DNA from: Candidatus Peregrinibacteria bacterium | GTDB taxonomy: Bacteria; Patescibacteriota; Gracilibacteria; UBA1369; GCA-2718715 | Assembly: GCA_014240275.1 (NCBI GenBank) | Contig: JAAZXH010000008.1 | Location: 32,653-96,652 of the forward strand | Direction: 5' to 3' | Length of the DNA stretch: 64,000 bases | Shown here: one piece after another, positions 19,998-30,317 of the stretch | How the letters are laid out: each line of letters starts with the position of its first letter | Position numbering within the stretch: position 1 is the stretch's first letter | The notes under the pieces: generated by a model | Told to the model about the DNA's origin: nothing | Databases searched by the model: none | The model's input: the letters and a program-made list of their open reading frames with translations, nothing else | Program-made: the position numbers and the translations under genes

Positions 19998-21425
19998 TTA
20001 ATTTAAAGCATTTAATGCTGCGTTTAGTTGAATATCAATCAAACTTATAGAATCAATATCAAAGTTCAAGTTTTTAGAGATAGCTAGTTTCTGCAAAGCT
20101 AAACGGGTATTATTCCCAAAGTAATCAGAAGCAAAAGGACTATCTAAATATTTATTATCAATTAAAATTTGTTGCAATGCTTTAACCAATGAATTTGAAT
20201 CACCAAACTTTAAAACTGTAAAATCGGTATTAGCAACAAGGTCTGAATCTAAGGAGCTAATAAAAAAAGCCCTTTTTACCAAGAGTGAATTTAAAACCTG
20301 TCGAGTTTGAGGCCCTAAATAGCCTGCATATTTAGAATTAAGTCTTTTAATCAAACCAAAACGTAATTGGAATTTTGCTAAGGCATACTCAGTGTTTTTA
20401 CCAAAATAACCAGTAGGATCCAAATTCAAATAACCTAAGTCCTTTAATAACTTTTGCAAAATTCTAACAGAAATAGTGGTGGAACCTTTTTGTAACGGGT
20501 ATTTAAAAAAGTCTAAATTATTATCAACTATTAAAGACCTAATATGATCCATAGCCATTTCGGAGGATAACAAGCCATAATCACTAGCAAATTTATTTAG
20601 CGCTTCAACTGTATCAGAATCTAATTCTGAAGTTAAAGTTTTTAAATAAGAAAAATTAATCAAAAATTCCTGTATAAATTTAATATCATTATTATCAGAA
20701 TGCTTAACTTGATTTTTTGAAATTAAGTTTGACATAGCAATATCTAAAATAATTTTTTGATCAGAGATAGTTAATACCGTACTATTATAATAATCGAATT
20801 TTAGATTATTAAGTTCAGATTGAAAATTCAATAATGAAACATCTAAAGCTTTATCAAACACTCGATCGATAGAACCATCATAATAATTCATATCAAACAA
20901 ATACCGCTTAACATATAAAACTAATTCAGAACTATCACCAAACTTTAAGTCCTTTAGATCATCTATAGAAGTAATCTGATTAGGCCTACCAACTACAGCA
21001 ATCAATTTATTAGGATCTAAAGTAACATCAACAAGGACTTCCTTAGACTGTATACCAAATTCTAAAGCTTTCTTAAGTCCTTCATCACCATAACCCAACC
21101 ATAAATCTAAGCGCTTACCCTTAATCGCACCACCTCTATCAGTAACTTTAAAATGACCCAAATCTTTAATTTCAACAATTGAGCCAAAATCAAAACAAGG
21201 AGGAGCAGCTAAAAACAAATGATCTTGATCAAAAACTTTCTCACCAGAAGCAGTAACAATACCTGATCCATTTAATCGAATATCTCCTAAATATGAACCC
21301 GTAACATATTTTTTTTGGTTAATTAAAGGGGAGTAATAAGCAGAAACAGAATATGTTCCAGAATTACAATCAGCAAAAACTAAGCCTGGTATCAGAGTAA
21401 TTATAATGGGAAGTAAACGTTTCAT
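19998..21425 (-). CDS. Secreted 3D-domain protein with multiple peptidoglycan-binding repeats
   Basis: VSAYYSP, DRGGAIKGKRLDLWLG (3D domain); repeated LKFGD, LQKG..VRILQKLL..LGY and GYFGKNT. Confidence 0.82.
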   Translation of the reverse strand: MKRLLPIIITLIPGLVFADCNSGTYSVSAYYSPLINQKKYVTGSYLGDIRLNGSGIVTASGEKVFDQDHLFLAAPPCFDFGSIVEIKDLGHFKVTDRGGAIKGKRLDLWLGYGDEGLKKALEFGIQSKEVLVDVTLDPNKLIAVVGRPNQITSIDDLKDLKFGDSSELVLYVKRYLFDMNYYDGSIDRVFDKALDVSLLNFQSELNNLKFDYYNSTVLTISDQKIILDIAMSNLISKNQVKHSDNNDIKFIQEFLINFSYLKTLTSELDSDTVEALNKFASDYGLLSSEMAMDHIRSLIVDNNLDFFKYPLQKGSTTISVRILQKLLKDLGYLNLDPTGYFGKNTEYALAKFQLRFGLIKRLNSKYAGYLGPQTRQVLNSLLVKRAFFISSLDSDLVANTDFTVLKFGDSNSLVKALQQILIDNKYLDSPFASDYFGNNTRLALQKLAISKNLNFDIDSISLIDIQLNAALNALN

Positions 21426-23890
21426 TAGCCAATTTTTCTTAAAATTTCACGAGAGACAAACTCTCTATCACGTCCATACTTTAATCGAGAAAGTTCAATG
21501 AAAGCTTCTTTTAAGGTAGGGTTACCAAACTCAGTATAAGGACTCAAAGGAGTAAATGAAAAAGGTTTAGAAGGTTGAGAATCTATCGAAAGCTTCAAAA
21601 CACCTTTATATTTATCAACATTAATAAGGTCTTGATCAGAAAAAACTGGTGCCATTTCTTTGGCCATAAACTCAGCATCCTGAGCACCTATTTTATAACA
21701 CATCATAGAACCAACATTACCAAATACAGCATTTTTAATTTTTTCATCATTTTTATCAACTAATTGTGAAATATACTGATGAGCGAGATTAAGACCTAAT
21801 CTATATTTACGAGCTTCAGATAAAATAGATTCAATTGAATCAGTAATATAGTTTTGAAATTCATCAATATATAAGAAGAAGTCTTTACGATCCTCTTTAG
21901 CCATTTTTTGACGCATCATAGCAGCCATTTGTAGCTTTGATACAATAATCAAACCAAGTAGCTTAGAATTAATATCACCAGTTAAACCTTTAGATAAATT
22001 CATTAATAGTATTTTTTGCTCATTCATGACCTGAGAAAAATCAAAAGAGGATTTAGTTTGCCCCAAAATATTACGCATCATAGTATTAGTAATAAAGGCA
22101 CCAAACTTTGCTGCAAAATAAGGGATAATTCTCATTTTTTCTTCTTGAGAAGTGTTTTTCATTTGGTTTTCCCAAAATGAGCGAACAATCGGATTGGAAA
22201 CGTGTTTAATACAATCAGTTTGAAAGTTATTATCAGTAAATAAACGTACAATATCTGTTAAGGCACCACCATCTGGATGTTCCATTAAAGTCAAACAACC
22301 GTTTCTAAAATAATCTTGCAGTCTTGGTCCAAATATTTCTTCATCAAAAATTTTAATCATTATATTCATAGCATCCAAGGCAATCATATCACGAGAATCT
22401 TCTGATTCTGCCTCTAAAAGGTTAAAGCCCATCGGCCTTTCTACATCAGCAGGATTAAAAATTATCACATCATCAGCCCTTTCTTTAGGAATAAATGGCA
22501 ATAGATCATCAACTAACTGTCCATGGGGATCAATAACACAGACACCATTACCTAAACGAAAATCTTGACGAATCATCGCTTGTAATATTGAAGATTTACC
22601 AGTACCAGTTTGACCAATAACATAAAAGTGTCTAAACCTATCTTCGGGCTGAATAAATACTTCACGAGTTACACCACGATAGGTAGAATGACCTAGTAAA
22701 AGACCTTCTTTAGGTAAATTATCTGGGGGTGGAGCAATTTTATAATTTTGCCAAGCAAAATTAGGAACCCTACTAAACCTTATACTCGGTACATGAAAAA
22801 TAGAAGAAAGTTCATCAACAGATAAAATATTTTTCTTAAATTTATATATTAGTGGCTTCTTAAAACTACGTACAATAAATTGTTTAAACAAATAATCAGA
22901 AGAAAACTTATAATCTTCTGGTATAGTGAAGGAATTGAAATCCTGATAAGTATAGTTAGTAAAACAAGACAGTATACTACCAAGATTGACACCAGCATCC
23001 TCTGGGTTTTTAGCTCCAGATACTACTCTAATAATTGTATCAAAACCAGTTTTAGTATTTTTAGTATCAAAAGCAGATATCTGCTCTTCCTTAACCTGGG
23101 TTAATCTATCAGTAGCAGGGGTATCGTCAGAACCCATTAAGTTTTCAGCTCCTTTGAATATTAATTCAAAGAAATTACGAATCCACTTTAAAGGATTCCA
23201 TGAAGAGCCTGAATTCTCATTAGAATTCAGCAAATCCTGAGCCTTAGAGCGACCAGCAGATTGCCAATTAGACAATTCTGGTTTGATCATAATTTGAATT
23301 GCAGCACGTTCAGATGACTCAAGTTTAGACATACTATTTAAAACATCACTTAGCGGCTCACTACTCATCTGGTTAAAAGTTCTCAATGGATACATAGATT
23401 CTCTGGCAAGATGAACATATGTACCACAAAAAGTAAATTCATCATCAAATAAGTTATAACCATCAACAGGTTCAATAAAAACATCAGGGTAAAGGGCAGT
23501 GATCTTTTTTTCAATCACACGAACTGCTGAACGAGGCACACAACAATATAAATTAATCAAAGAATCAACAACGGCAATTTCAAGACTCATATAAGGTTGA
23601 CCATTTAAAAAAGGAGAAATTTTTGTAAAATCAGCTATATTTAAAAAAGAATCAAACATTTGTGCTCCTAAGGCACAATACTCTTTAAAATCACCGCCGG
23701 TAGCACCAAAAGCCTCTTTATCGACTTCTTTATCTTGCTGAGACTCTTTTTTAGGAACACAAATTTTTAACATTACTAAATCTAAAGATTTAGCAAAATT
23801 ATTACGACTTCTTACCTTATACATAATATATCTATATATCCAATAAAGAATAAATAGACCTAAAAGTGATAAAATAATATAAAGAAGCAT
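21425..23890 (-). CDS. Membrane-anchored VirD4/TraD/HerA-like ATPase (type IV secretion coupling-protein-like)
   Basis: N-terminal TM; RHFYVIGQTGTGKS (Walker A), IDPHG, LYIDEFQ (Walker B), LSEARKYRL, HQYISQL. Confidence 0.88.
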   Translation of the reverse strand: MLLYIILSLLGLFILYWIYRYIMYKVRSRNNFAKSLDLVMLKICVPKKESQQDKEVDKEAFGATGGDFKEYCALGAQMFDSFLNIADFTKISPFLNGQPYMSLEIAVVDSLINLYCCVPRSAVRVIEKKITALYPDVFIEPVDGYNLFDDEFTFCGTYVHLARESMYPLRTFNQMSSEPLSDVLNSMSKLESSERAAIQIMIKPELSNWQSAGRSKAQDLLNSNENSGSSWNPLKWIRNFFELIFKGAENLMGSDDTPATDRLTQVKEEQISAFDTKNTKTGFDTIIRVVSGAKNPEDAGVNLGSILSCFTNYTYQDFNSFTIPEDYKFSSDYLFKQFIVRSFKKPLIYKFKKNILSVDELSSIFHVPSIRFSRVPNFAWQNYKIAPPPDNLPKEGLLLGHSTYRGVTREVFIQPEDRFRHFYVIGQTGTGKSSILQAMIRQDFRLGNGVCVIDPHGQLVDDLLPFIPKERADDVIIFNPADVERPMGFNLLEAESEDSRDMIALDAMNIMIKIFDEEIFGPRLQDYFRNGCLTLMEHPDGGALTDIVRLFTDNNFQTDCIKHVSNPIVRSFWENQMKNTSQEEKMRIIPYFAAKFGAFITNTMMRNILGQTKSSFDFSQVMNEQKILLMNLSKGLTGDINSKLLGLIIVSKLQMAAMMRQKMAKEDRKDFFLYIDEFQNYITDSIESILSEARKYRLGLNLAHQYISQLVDKNDEKIKNAVFGNVGSMMCYKIGAQDAEFMAKEMAPVFSDQDLINVDKYKGVLKLSIDSQPSKPFSFTPLSPYTEFGNPTLKEAFIELSRLKYGRDREFVSREILRKIG

Positions 23891-23891
23891 T

Positions 23892-25649
23892 TTAATAATT
23901 TTTAATTCTTAATTCCTTTAAAGTGTTCATATCAGGCTCAGATGGTGCTTGCAACATAAGATCTTTAGCTTTTGAATCCTTCGGGAAGGCAATTACCTCA
24001 CGAATATTTGGCTCGCCACATAAAATCATAACAAATCTATCTAAACCCCAGGCGATTCCGGCGTGTGGCGGAACTCCATACGAAAATGCATTTAAAATGT
24101 GTCCAAAACGTTTATCGGCATCTTCCTTTGAAATATTCAACAAATCAAAAACTTTAGATTGCAAAGCAGCATCATGTATTCTTTGGCTACCACCACCAAT
24201 CTCACTACCATTTAATACAATATCATAACCTATTGAACGGCATTTGTGTGGGTCGGAATCGAGTAGATGTACATCCTCCATCATAGGAGAGGTAAATGGA
24301 TGATGACAAGCTTGAACAGATCCATCGTCATTTTTTTCAAACATAGGAAATTCAGTAACCCACAATAATGCAGCTTGAGTTTCATCAATAAGATCAAAAC
24401 GTTTACCAACTTCAAGACGAACAGCTCCTAAACTATTACAGGCAATGTCGAATTCATCTGCAGCAAAAAAGAGAATATCTCCATTTTCAAGTTTAACCAA
24501 ATCTACTAAGGCACTAATTTCATCTTCAGACATAAACTTTAATATAGGTGACTTCAGTTCACTACCTGACTTAATAATATAGGCCATACCTTTAGCTTTA
24601 TAAATTTTAGCAACATCTTCAAGTTCAGAAATTACCTTGCGAGAAAATTGTTCAGCAATTGCAGGCACCTTAAGCACCTTAACAATACCACCATTAGCAA
24701 CTACTGATGCAAAAGCTTGAAAACCTGAATTTTGAAAAATTTCGGTAGCATCAGCAAAAGGCAAATCAAAACGTAAATCTGGCTTGTCAGAACCATATGT
24801 GTTCATACAATGATCATAAGTCATATGTGGAATTGCATCTGGCTGTTTCAAGTCTGGTCGATATTCAGTAAGTAAAGACTGTACTAACTCAGAATTTAAT
24901 TCTATAACATCCTTATCAGTCACAAAAGACATCTCTAAATCTAATTGCGTGAATTCTGGCTGTCTATCTCCACGCAAGTCTTCATCTCTAAAACATCTTG
25001 CAATCTGAAAATATTTATCCATACCAGCAACCATAAGCAATTGTTTCAGCTGTTGTGGAGATTGAGGTAAAACAAAATAAGATCCAGGATATAAACGAGA
25101 AGGAACCATATATTCTCTCGAACCCTCAGGAGTACCTTTAATTAATACTGGAGTTTCAATTTCTAAAAATTGTCTATCAGATAAAAAATCTCTAATTCGT
25201 TTTATAACGTTATGACGCATAATAAGATTTTTTTGTAATTTACTACGCCTTAAATCCAAATAACGGTATTTGAGCCTTAGTTCTTCGTTAACGACGTCAT
25301 CAGAATCAATTTCAAAAGGAGGAGTTTGCGCTTCAGATAAAATCTTTAAATCACTAATTAAAACTTCGATCTCACCAGTAGGTAATTTAGAATTCGACAT
25401 TCCATCAGGTCTTTTACGAACCTTACCTTCAACACGAATTACATATTCACCACGCAAACTTTCTGCTAGTTTATGAGCATCAGCAAAATCAGATGGATCA
25501 AAAACAATCTGTGTAAGGCCATAACGGTCGCGTAAATCAATAAAAATCAAACCTCCATGATCTCTTCTTCTATTAACAAATCCTGAAAGGATAACAGTCG
25601 CATCAATATGATCTATATTCAGTTCGGACAAATTGTGTGTTCTAAACAT
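23892..25649 (-). CDS. aspS: Aspartate--tRNA ligase (probably non-discriminating)
   Basis: RDHGGLIFIDLRD, LPQSPQ, RCFRDEDLR, PPHAGIAWGLDR. Confidence 0.97.
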   Translation of the reverse strand: MFRTHNLSELNIDHIDATVILSGFVNRRRDHGGLIFIDLRDRYGLTQIVFDPSDFADAHKLAESLRGEYVIRVEGKVRKRPDGMSNSKLPTGEIEVLISDLKILSEAQTPPFEIDSDDVVNEELRLKYRYLDLRRSKLQKNLIMRHNVIKRIRDFLSDRQFLEIETPVLIKGTPEGSREYMVPSRLYPGSYFVLPQSPQQLKQLLMVAGMDKYFQIARCFRDEDLRGDRQPEFTQLDLEMSFVTDKDVIELNSELVQSLLTEYRPDLKQPDAIPHMTYDHCMNTYGSDKPDLRFDLPFADATEIFQNSGFQAFASVVANGGIVKVLKVPAIAEQFSRKVISELEDVAKIYKAKGMAYIIKSGSELKSPILKFMSEDEISALVDLVKLENGDILFFAADEFDIACNSLGAVRLEVGKRFDLIDETQAALLWVTEFPMFEKNDDGSVQACHHPFTSPMMEDVHLLDSDPHKCRSIGYDIVLNGSEIGGGSQRIHDAALQSKVFDLLNISKEDADKRFGHILNAFSYGVPPHAGIAWGLDRFVMILCGEPNIREVIAFPKDSKAKDLMLQAPSEPDMNTLKELRIKNY

Positions 25650-25673
25650 ACAGTAAAATTAAACAATAAAATA

Positions 25674-28600
25674 TTAATGCTTTTGCTGATTTAAGTAAAG
25701 CCATTTCTGTTCAAACTCAGGGGATGGCTGAATCTGCATGGGTAGTTTAACTTTTTTAAATTGCATTTTAGCTAAACGTAAATATACAGGGTACTTACCA
25801 GGTACTTCGGCAAGCAACTGTTTCACTTTTTCTAAATTTTCCTTATTAGGATCTAAATTAAAATCCAAAACTATAGGATCAATCGAATCTTGACACAACT
25901 TATCTAAATCTACCATTTTTAAATTTGAAACGATCATTTGGGTTCCACGGTCAAAATCCAATTTACCTCTAACTACAACAGTATCAGACAGAATAGGCGT
26001 AAACTCTAACCCCTTATAAGTTCGAGGAAAAACAACAACATCTAAAGAACCAGAAGGGTTAGAAACGGTAAAGGTCATCATAGCAGCACCTTTTTTGGTA
26101 ATAAAATTACGAATAGAGGTCACCATACCACAAGCTGCAAACATATTAACTTTAGCCTTAGCAACCTCATCCGGATCAATCTGAGCTAAATCTAAGTAGT
26201 TTTTATCGATAAAATCTATATAAGGGTCTAGTGGATGTGCAGAAACATACAAACCCAATACAGATTTTTCTAAAGATAATCTATCAAACATTGATACTTC
26301 ACGAAATGGAGCATATTTAATTTTTTCAAGTTCAATATCATCGGAGAGAGAAAATAAAGAAGACTGACCTGCCAAATTAGATTTCTGAGCAAGTTTTGCA
26401 TAAGACGACAATATATCAACAGAATCAACAATTACAATTCTATCACCAAACAAATCAAAAGCTCCACTATAGGCTAATGCTTCCATAGTTTTCTTGTTAA
26501 TAAGATTTGCAGGTACACTTTCTAAGAAATGCTCCATCGATTCGAAACTACCAACTTTTGAACGAGATTCAATGATTTTTTCCATAGAAGAAGAACCTAA
26601 ACCTTTAATAGCACCTAAACCAAAACGAATAGTTTTACCATCTAAAATCCTAAAATCAACATCCGATTCGTTAATATCTGGCGGCAGAACAGAAATACCT
26701 AGCTGTTTACACTCTTTAATATCGAGTACAACCCTTTCTGTATTTTCAAGATCAGAACTCAATAATGCAGCCATAAACTCTACTGTGAAATTAGCTTTTA
26801 AATAGGCTGTTTGATAGGCAATCATGGCGTAACATGTAGCATGTGACTTGTTAAAACCGTAACCTGCAAAAGGTTCAATAACATCAGTAAAGACAGTTTT
26901 AGCAAAATCAGGATCATGTCCCTGGTCTTTTGCACCATTAATAAATTTTTCACACTGTTCAGCTAACAATTCAGGAATTTTTTTACCTACTGCCTTACGT
27001 AATAAGTCAGCTTCACCAAGGGTAAATCCAGCAAAAGACTTTGCAATTTCTAAAATTTGCTCCTGATAAACACCTACTCCATAAGTTTCTTTCAAAATAG
27101 GTTCAAACACAGGGTGCATATATGTGATTTTTTCTGGATTATGCTTACCCTCAATATATTGAGGAATAAATTCCATCGGGCCAGGTCTATACAAGGCATT
27201 CATGGCAATAATATCATAAATAGAAGATGGTTTTAACTCCTTTAAATAACGCTGCATTCCAACAGATTCAAGCTGAAATACACCGACCGTTAAACCATCT
27301 GATAGTAGATCAAAGGCCTTTTGGTCATCTAAACCTAATTTAGATAAATCAACATCTTTCTTTTTTGTTAACTTAATTAAATCTAAGGCCTTTTGAATTA
27401 TGGTTAAGTTTCTTAAACCCAAAAAGTCCACCTTTAGTAAACCAATTTTTTCCAAAGGATTCATAGAATACTGAGAAACTATAGTATTATCTTTACCAGC
27501 TGCAAACTGCAATGGAGTATGATCAGTTAAAGGGTTTTCAGCTAACACTACTGCACAAGCATGAGTACCTGTATTTCTCACTGTACCTTCTAATTTCATA
27601 GCATTATCAAGGAGTGCTTTAGCTCTTGGATTTTGATCATAAACTTCTTTTAATTCAGGAAATTCCTTTGTAGATTTAGCCAAAGGGGCATGTTTACCCA
27701 AAACAGGAGGTGGAATACGTTTAGAGATAGCATCAACTTCAGAATATTCATAACCCATTGCACGACCAACGTCACGCACAACAGCTCTAGCAGACATAGT
27801 TCCGAAAGTAATGATTTGGGAAACATTTCTACGACCATATCGTTCAACAACATATTGCAAAACTTCGTCTCTGCGAGCATCTTCAAAGTCAATATCGATA
27901 TCAGGCATACTTACACGTTCCGGATTCAAAAAACGCTCAAAATACAATCCATACTCCAAAGGATCAACTGTAGTGATATCTAAAGCGTAAGCAATAATAG
28001 AACCTGCAGCAGAACCACGACCTGGACCAACAATAATCCCTCGATCGTGAGCAAATGAAACAAAATCATTAACAATTAAGAAATAATCATCAAAACCCAT
28101 CGGAGAAATAACAGACAACTCATAATCTAAGCGTTCTAGAGCTTTAGATTGCTGGGCCTTTGAATATTTTTTTTGAATCCCAACCTCACACAATTGACGC
28201 AAATATTCTGCAGAAGAAATATTATTAGGAGTAGGAAACTTTGGAAGTAAATTAAGATCCAAAGGAATTTCTAAATTCGTAAGATTAGCAATTTTTTGGG
28301 TATTTTCATAAGCTCTAGGAAAATTCTTGGAGAACTCCAACAGTTCGTCATCTGGCTTTAAATAAGATTCATATGAGAATATAAAGCGATTGGGGTCATT
28401 GATATTCTTCCCATTGCCAATACACATTAAAATGTCCAAAAGATCCTTATCTTTTTTTTCTATATAATGTGAATCACAAGTTAAAACCATTTCAAGATCT
28501 TCTTCATTCGACATTGTTTTTAATGCAGCATTTACAATATTTAAATCTGAATTATCATTAGAGGCAATAATTTCAAAGAATAAATCTTGCTCAAAAATCT

Positions 28601-29081
28601 TTTTATAAAAATTTAACAAATCAGTTTGTTTATCTGAGTCATTAATTAAAATAGCCTTACCAAGATCAGAAGCAATACCACCAATTATACAAATTAAACC
28701 TTTGCTATGAGCTTCTAACACCTTATAATCAATACGAGGACGATAATAAAAACCTTCTAAATGAGCTATCGTAACAAGCTCAATTAAGTTTTTATAGCCT
28801 TCATAATCCTTTGCAATCAATAAAACCTTAGAGGTAGATTTGTTATTAACATCCTTTAAAAACCTATCCTTACAAATATAAAAGTCAACTCCAATAATTG
28901 GTTTAACACCCTCCTTCTTACATTTATGATAAAAGTCAAAAGCAGAATAAAGATTAGCGTTATCAGTTAGTGCAATTGCAGGCATTTGATTAGCAGTAGC
29001 ATAATTAACTATGTCAGAAGGAAATGAAACAGCAGACAACAAACTATAACAGCTATGATTATGTAAATGAATAAAAGTCAT
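25674..29081 (-). CDS. dnaE: DNA polymerase III alpha subunit
   Basis: GPGRGSAAGS, FERFLNPER, MPDIDIDF, KVDFLGL, YGFNKSH. Probable start is ATG 29081 (MTFIHLHNH). Confidence 0.97.
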   Translation of the reverse strand: MTFIHLHNHSCYSLLSAVSFPSDIVNYATANQMPAIALTDNANLYSAFDFYHKCKKEGVKPIIGVDFYICKDRFLKDVNNKSTSKVLLIAKDYEGYKNLIELVTIAHLEGFYYRPRIDYKVLEAHSKGLICIIGGIASDLGKAILINDSDKQTDLLNFYKKIFEQDLFFEIIASNDNSDLNIVNAALKTMSNEEDLEMVLTCDSHYIEKKDKDLLDILMCIGNGKNINDPNRFIFSYESYLKPDDELLEFSKNFPRAYENTQKIANLTNLEIPLDLNLLPKFPTPNNISSAEYLRQLCEVGIQKKYSKAQQSKALERLDYELSVISPMGFDDYFLIVNDFVSFAHDRGIIVGPGRGSAAGSIIAYALDITTVDPLEYGLYFERFLNPERVSMPDIDIDFEDARRDEVLQYVVERYGRRNVSQIITFGTMSARAVVRDVGRAMGYEYSEVDAISKRIPPPVLGKHAPLAKSTKEFPELKEVYDQNPRAKALLDNAMKLEGTVRNTGTHACAVVLAENPLTDHTPLQFAAGKDNTIVSQYSMNPLEKIGLLKVDFLGLRNLTIIQKALDLIKLTKKKDVDLSKLGLDDQKAFDLLSDGLTVGVFQLESVGMQRYLKELKPSSIYDIIAMNALYRPGPMEFIPQYIEGKHNPEKITYMHPVFEPILKETYGVGVYQEQILEIAKSFAGFTLGEADLLRKAVGKKIPELLAEQCEKFINGAKDQGHDPDFAKTVFTDVIEPFAGYGFNKSHATCYAMIAYQTAYLKANFTVEFMAALLSSDLENTERVVLDIKECKQLGISVLPPDINESDVDFRILDGKTIRFGLGAIKGLGSSSMEKIIESRSKVGSFESMEHFLESVPANLINKKTMEALAYSGAFDLFGDRIVIVDSVDILSSYAKLAQKSNLAGQSSLFSLSDDIELEKIKYAPFREVSMFDRLSLEKSVLGLYVSAHPLDPYIDFIDKNYLDLAQIDPDEVAKAKVNMFAACGMVTSIRNFITKKGAAMMTFTVSNPSGSLDVVVFPRTYKGLEFTPILSDTVVVRGKLDFDRGTQMIVSNLKMVDLDKLCQDSIDPIVLDFNLDPNKENLEKVKQLLAEVPGKYPVYLRLAKMQFKKVKLPMQIQPSPEFEQKWLYLNQQKH

Positions 29082-29169
29082 ATTTTTTTTTACAAAAACA
29101 TTATACAAAAAAAACACAAAAAAAAAATGTTGAATTTTAAATAAAAAAGAGTTAAGATGTTATGGCTGT

Positions 29170-29254
29170 GCCGCGGTGGCGGAATTGGTAGACGCGCTGG
29201 TCTTAGGAACCAGTGGGGAAACCCGTAAGAGTTCGAGTCTCTTCCGCGGTACCA
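29170..29254 (+). tRNA. tRNA-Leu(UAG)
   Basis: GCCGCGG...CCGCGGT-A-CCA, anticodon loop CT-TAG-GA, long variable arm; preceded by TTGAAT-N17-TAAGAT. Confidence 0.95.
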
Positions 29255-29277
29255 CTTTATATAAGTGGTATTTTTTT
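29251..29277 (+). terminator. Probable intrinsic terminator after tRNA-Leu
   Basis: ACCACTT...AAGTGGT hairpin followed by ATTTTTTT. Confidence 0.6.
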
Positions 29278-29345
29278 ATTTTAAAATATATTTGACAAGA
29301 AACAAAAAACAGATTATACTAAGAACCTTTACTTAACTTAATGTA

Positions 29346-30317
29346 ATGTTTGATTTTCTCAAAAACTACCTAACAAACAAAGAATACGAAGTAATACAAA
29401 AAAGATACTTTGAAAACAAAACTCTTCAAGCCATAGGAGATGAAATGGCTCTAACTAGAGAAAGGATACGACAAATCCAAAACAACGGTATCAACAAACT
29501 CAAACGAGTAATTGAAACAACTAAAGTTCAATTAGTAATCGAAAAAATAGAACAACACTTGCAAAAAAACAGCAACCTAAGTTGCTACAAAACCCTCCAA
29601 AACAATTTCCAAGAACATACAATTGGTGAATTGGAACTAATTGTAGATGCATCTCAAAACATTGAGACAATCAAAAAAACCCAAAACTTCAAACATTCAT
29701 GCGGCTTAAACAACAAAATAGATAAAAACAAACTCAATCTAATTCATAAAAAAATCATCCAAGAACTGAAAACAAACAATAGACCAATCTGTACAAACAA
29801 ATTTGTAATTGAAATACAAAAAAAACAAGATACATACACAAGTCAAAAAACAATTCAAGGGATTATTGAAATATCAGAACAAACAAAAATATTAGATAAT
29901 AAAGTCGGTCACATAAGCTGTAGGGAAGTTAACCCAAAAAGCATCAAAGATAAAGCTATTATAGTACTAGAAAGGGCACATCAACCACTACACTTCCGCG
30001 ATATAAATCAAAAAATACACCTAGAAGAATTTGACAGAAAAACAGTAACTCTAGAAGCAGTCCACAATGAGCTAATTCGCTATGAAGATTTTGTATTAGT
30101 TGGAAGAGGACTTTATGCTTTATCTAAATGGGGGTACACAAAAGGGACAGTAAAAGATATAATCCATCAAATACTAAAAGAACATGGTGTATTATCAAAG
30201 AAACTAATAGTTGCAAAAGTATTAGAGCAAAGACAAGTAAAAATCGGTACGATTAGTTTAAACCTACAAAAATACCCAGAATTTAAAAGAGTTGGAAGAG
30301 CCACTTACTCACTCTGA
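29346..30317 (+). CDS. Sigma-70 region-4-like HTH protein with C-terminal HARE-HTH (RNAP delta-like) domain
   Basis: TLQAIGDEMALTRERIRQIQ; PLHFRDI; VHNELIR..FVLVGRGLYAL..WGY. Confidence 0.75.
   Translation: MFDFLKNYLTNKEYEVIQKRYFENKTLQAIGDEMALTRERIRQIQNNGINKLKRVIETTKVQLVIEKIEQHLQKNSNLSCYKTLQNNFQEHTIGELELIVDASQNIETIKKTQNFKHSCGLNNKIDKNKLNLIHKKIIQELKTNNRPICTNKFVIEIQKKQDTYTSQKTIQGIIEISEQTKILDNKVGHISCREVNPKSIKDKAIIVLERAHQPLHFRDINQKIHLEEFDRKTVTLEAVHNELIRYEDFVLVGRGLYALSKWGYTKGTVKDIIHQILKEHGVLSKKLIVAKVLEQRQVKIGTISLNLQKYPEFKRVGRATYSL

Noticed and set aside
21425-23890. Integrative conjugative element near tRNA-Arg
   Set aside because: No integrase, relaxase, att repeat or other T4SS genes seen; the gene is coupled to aspS.
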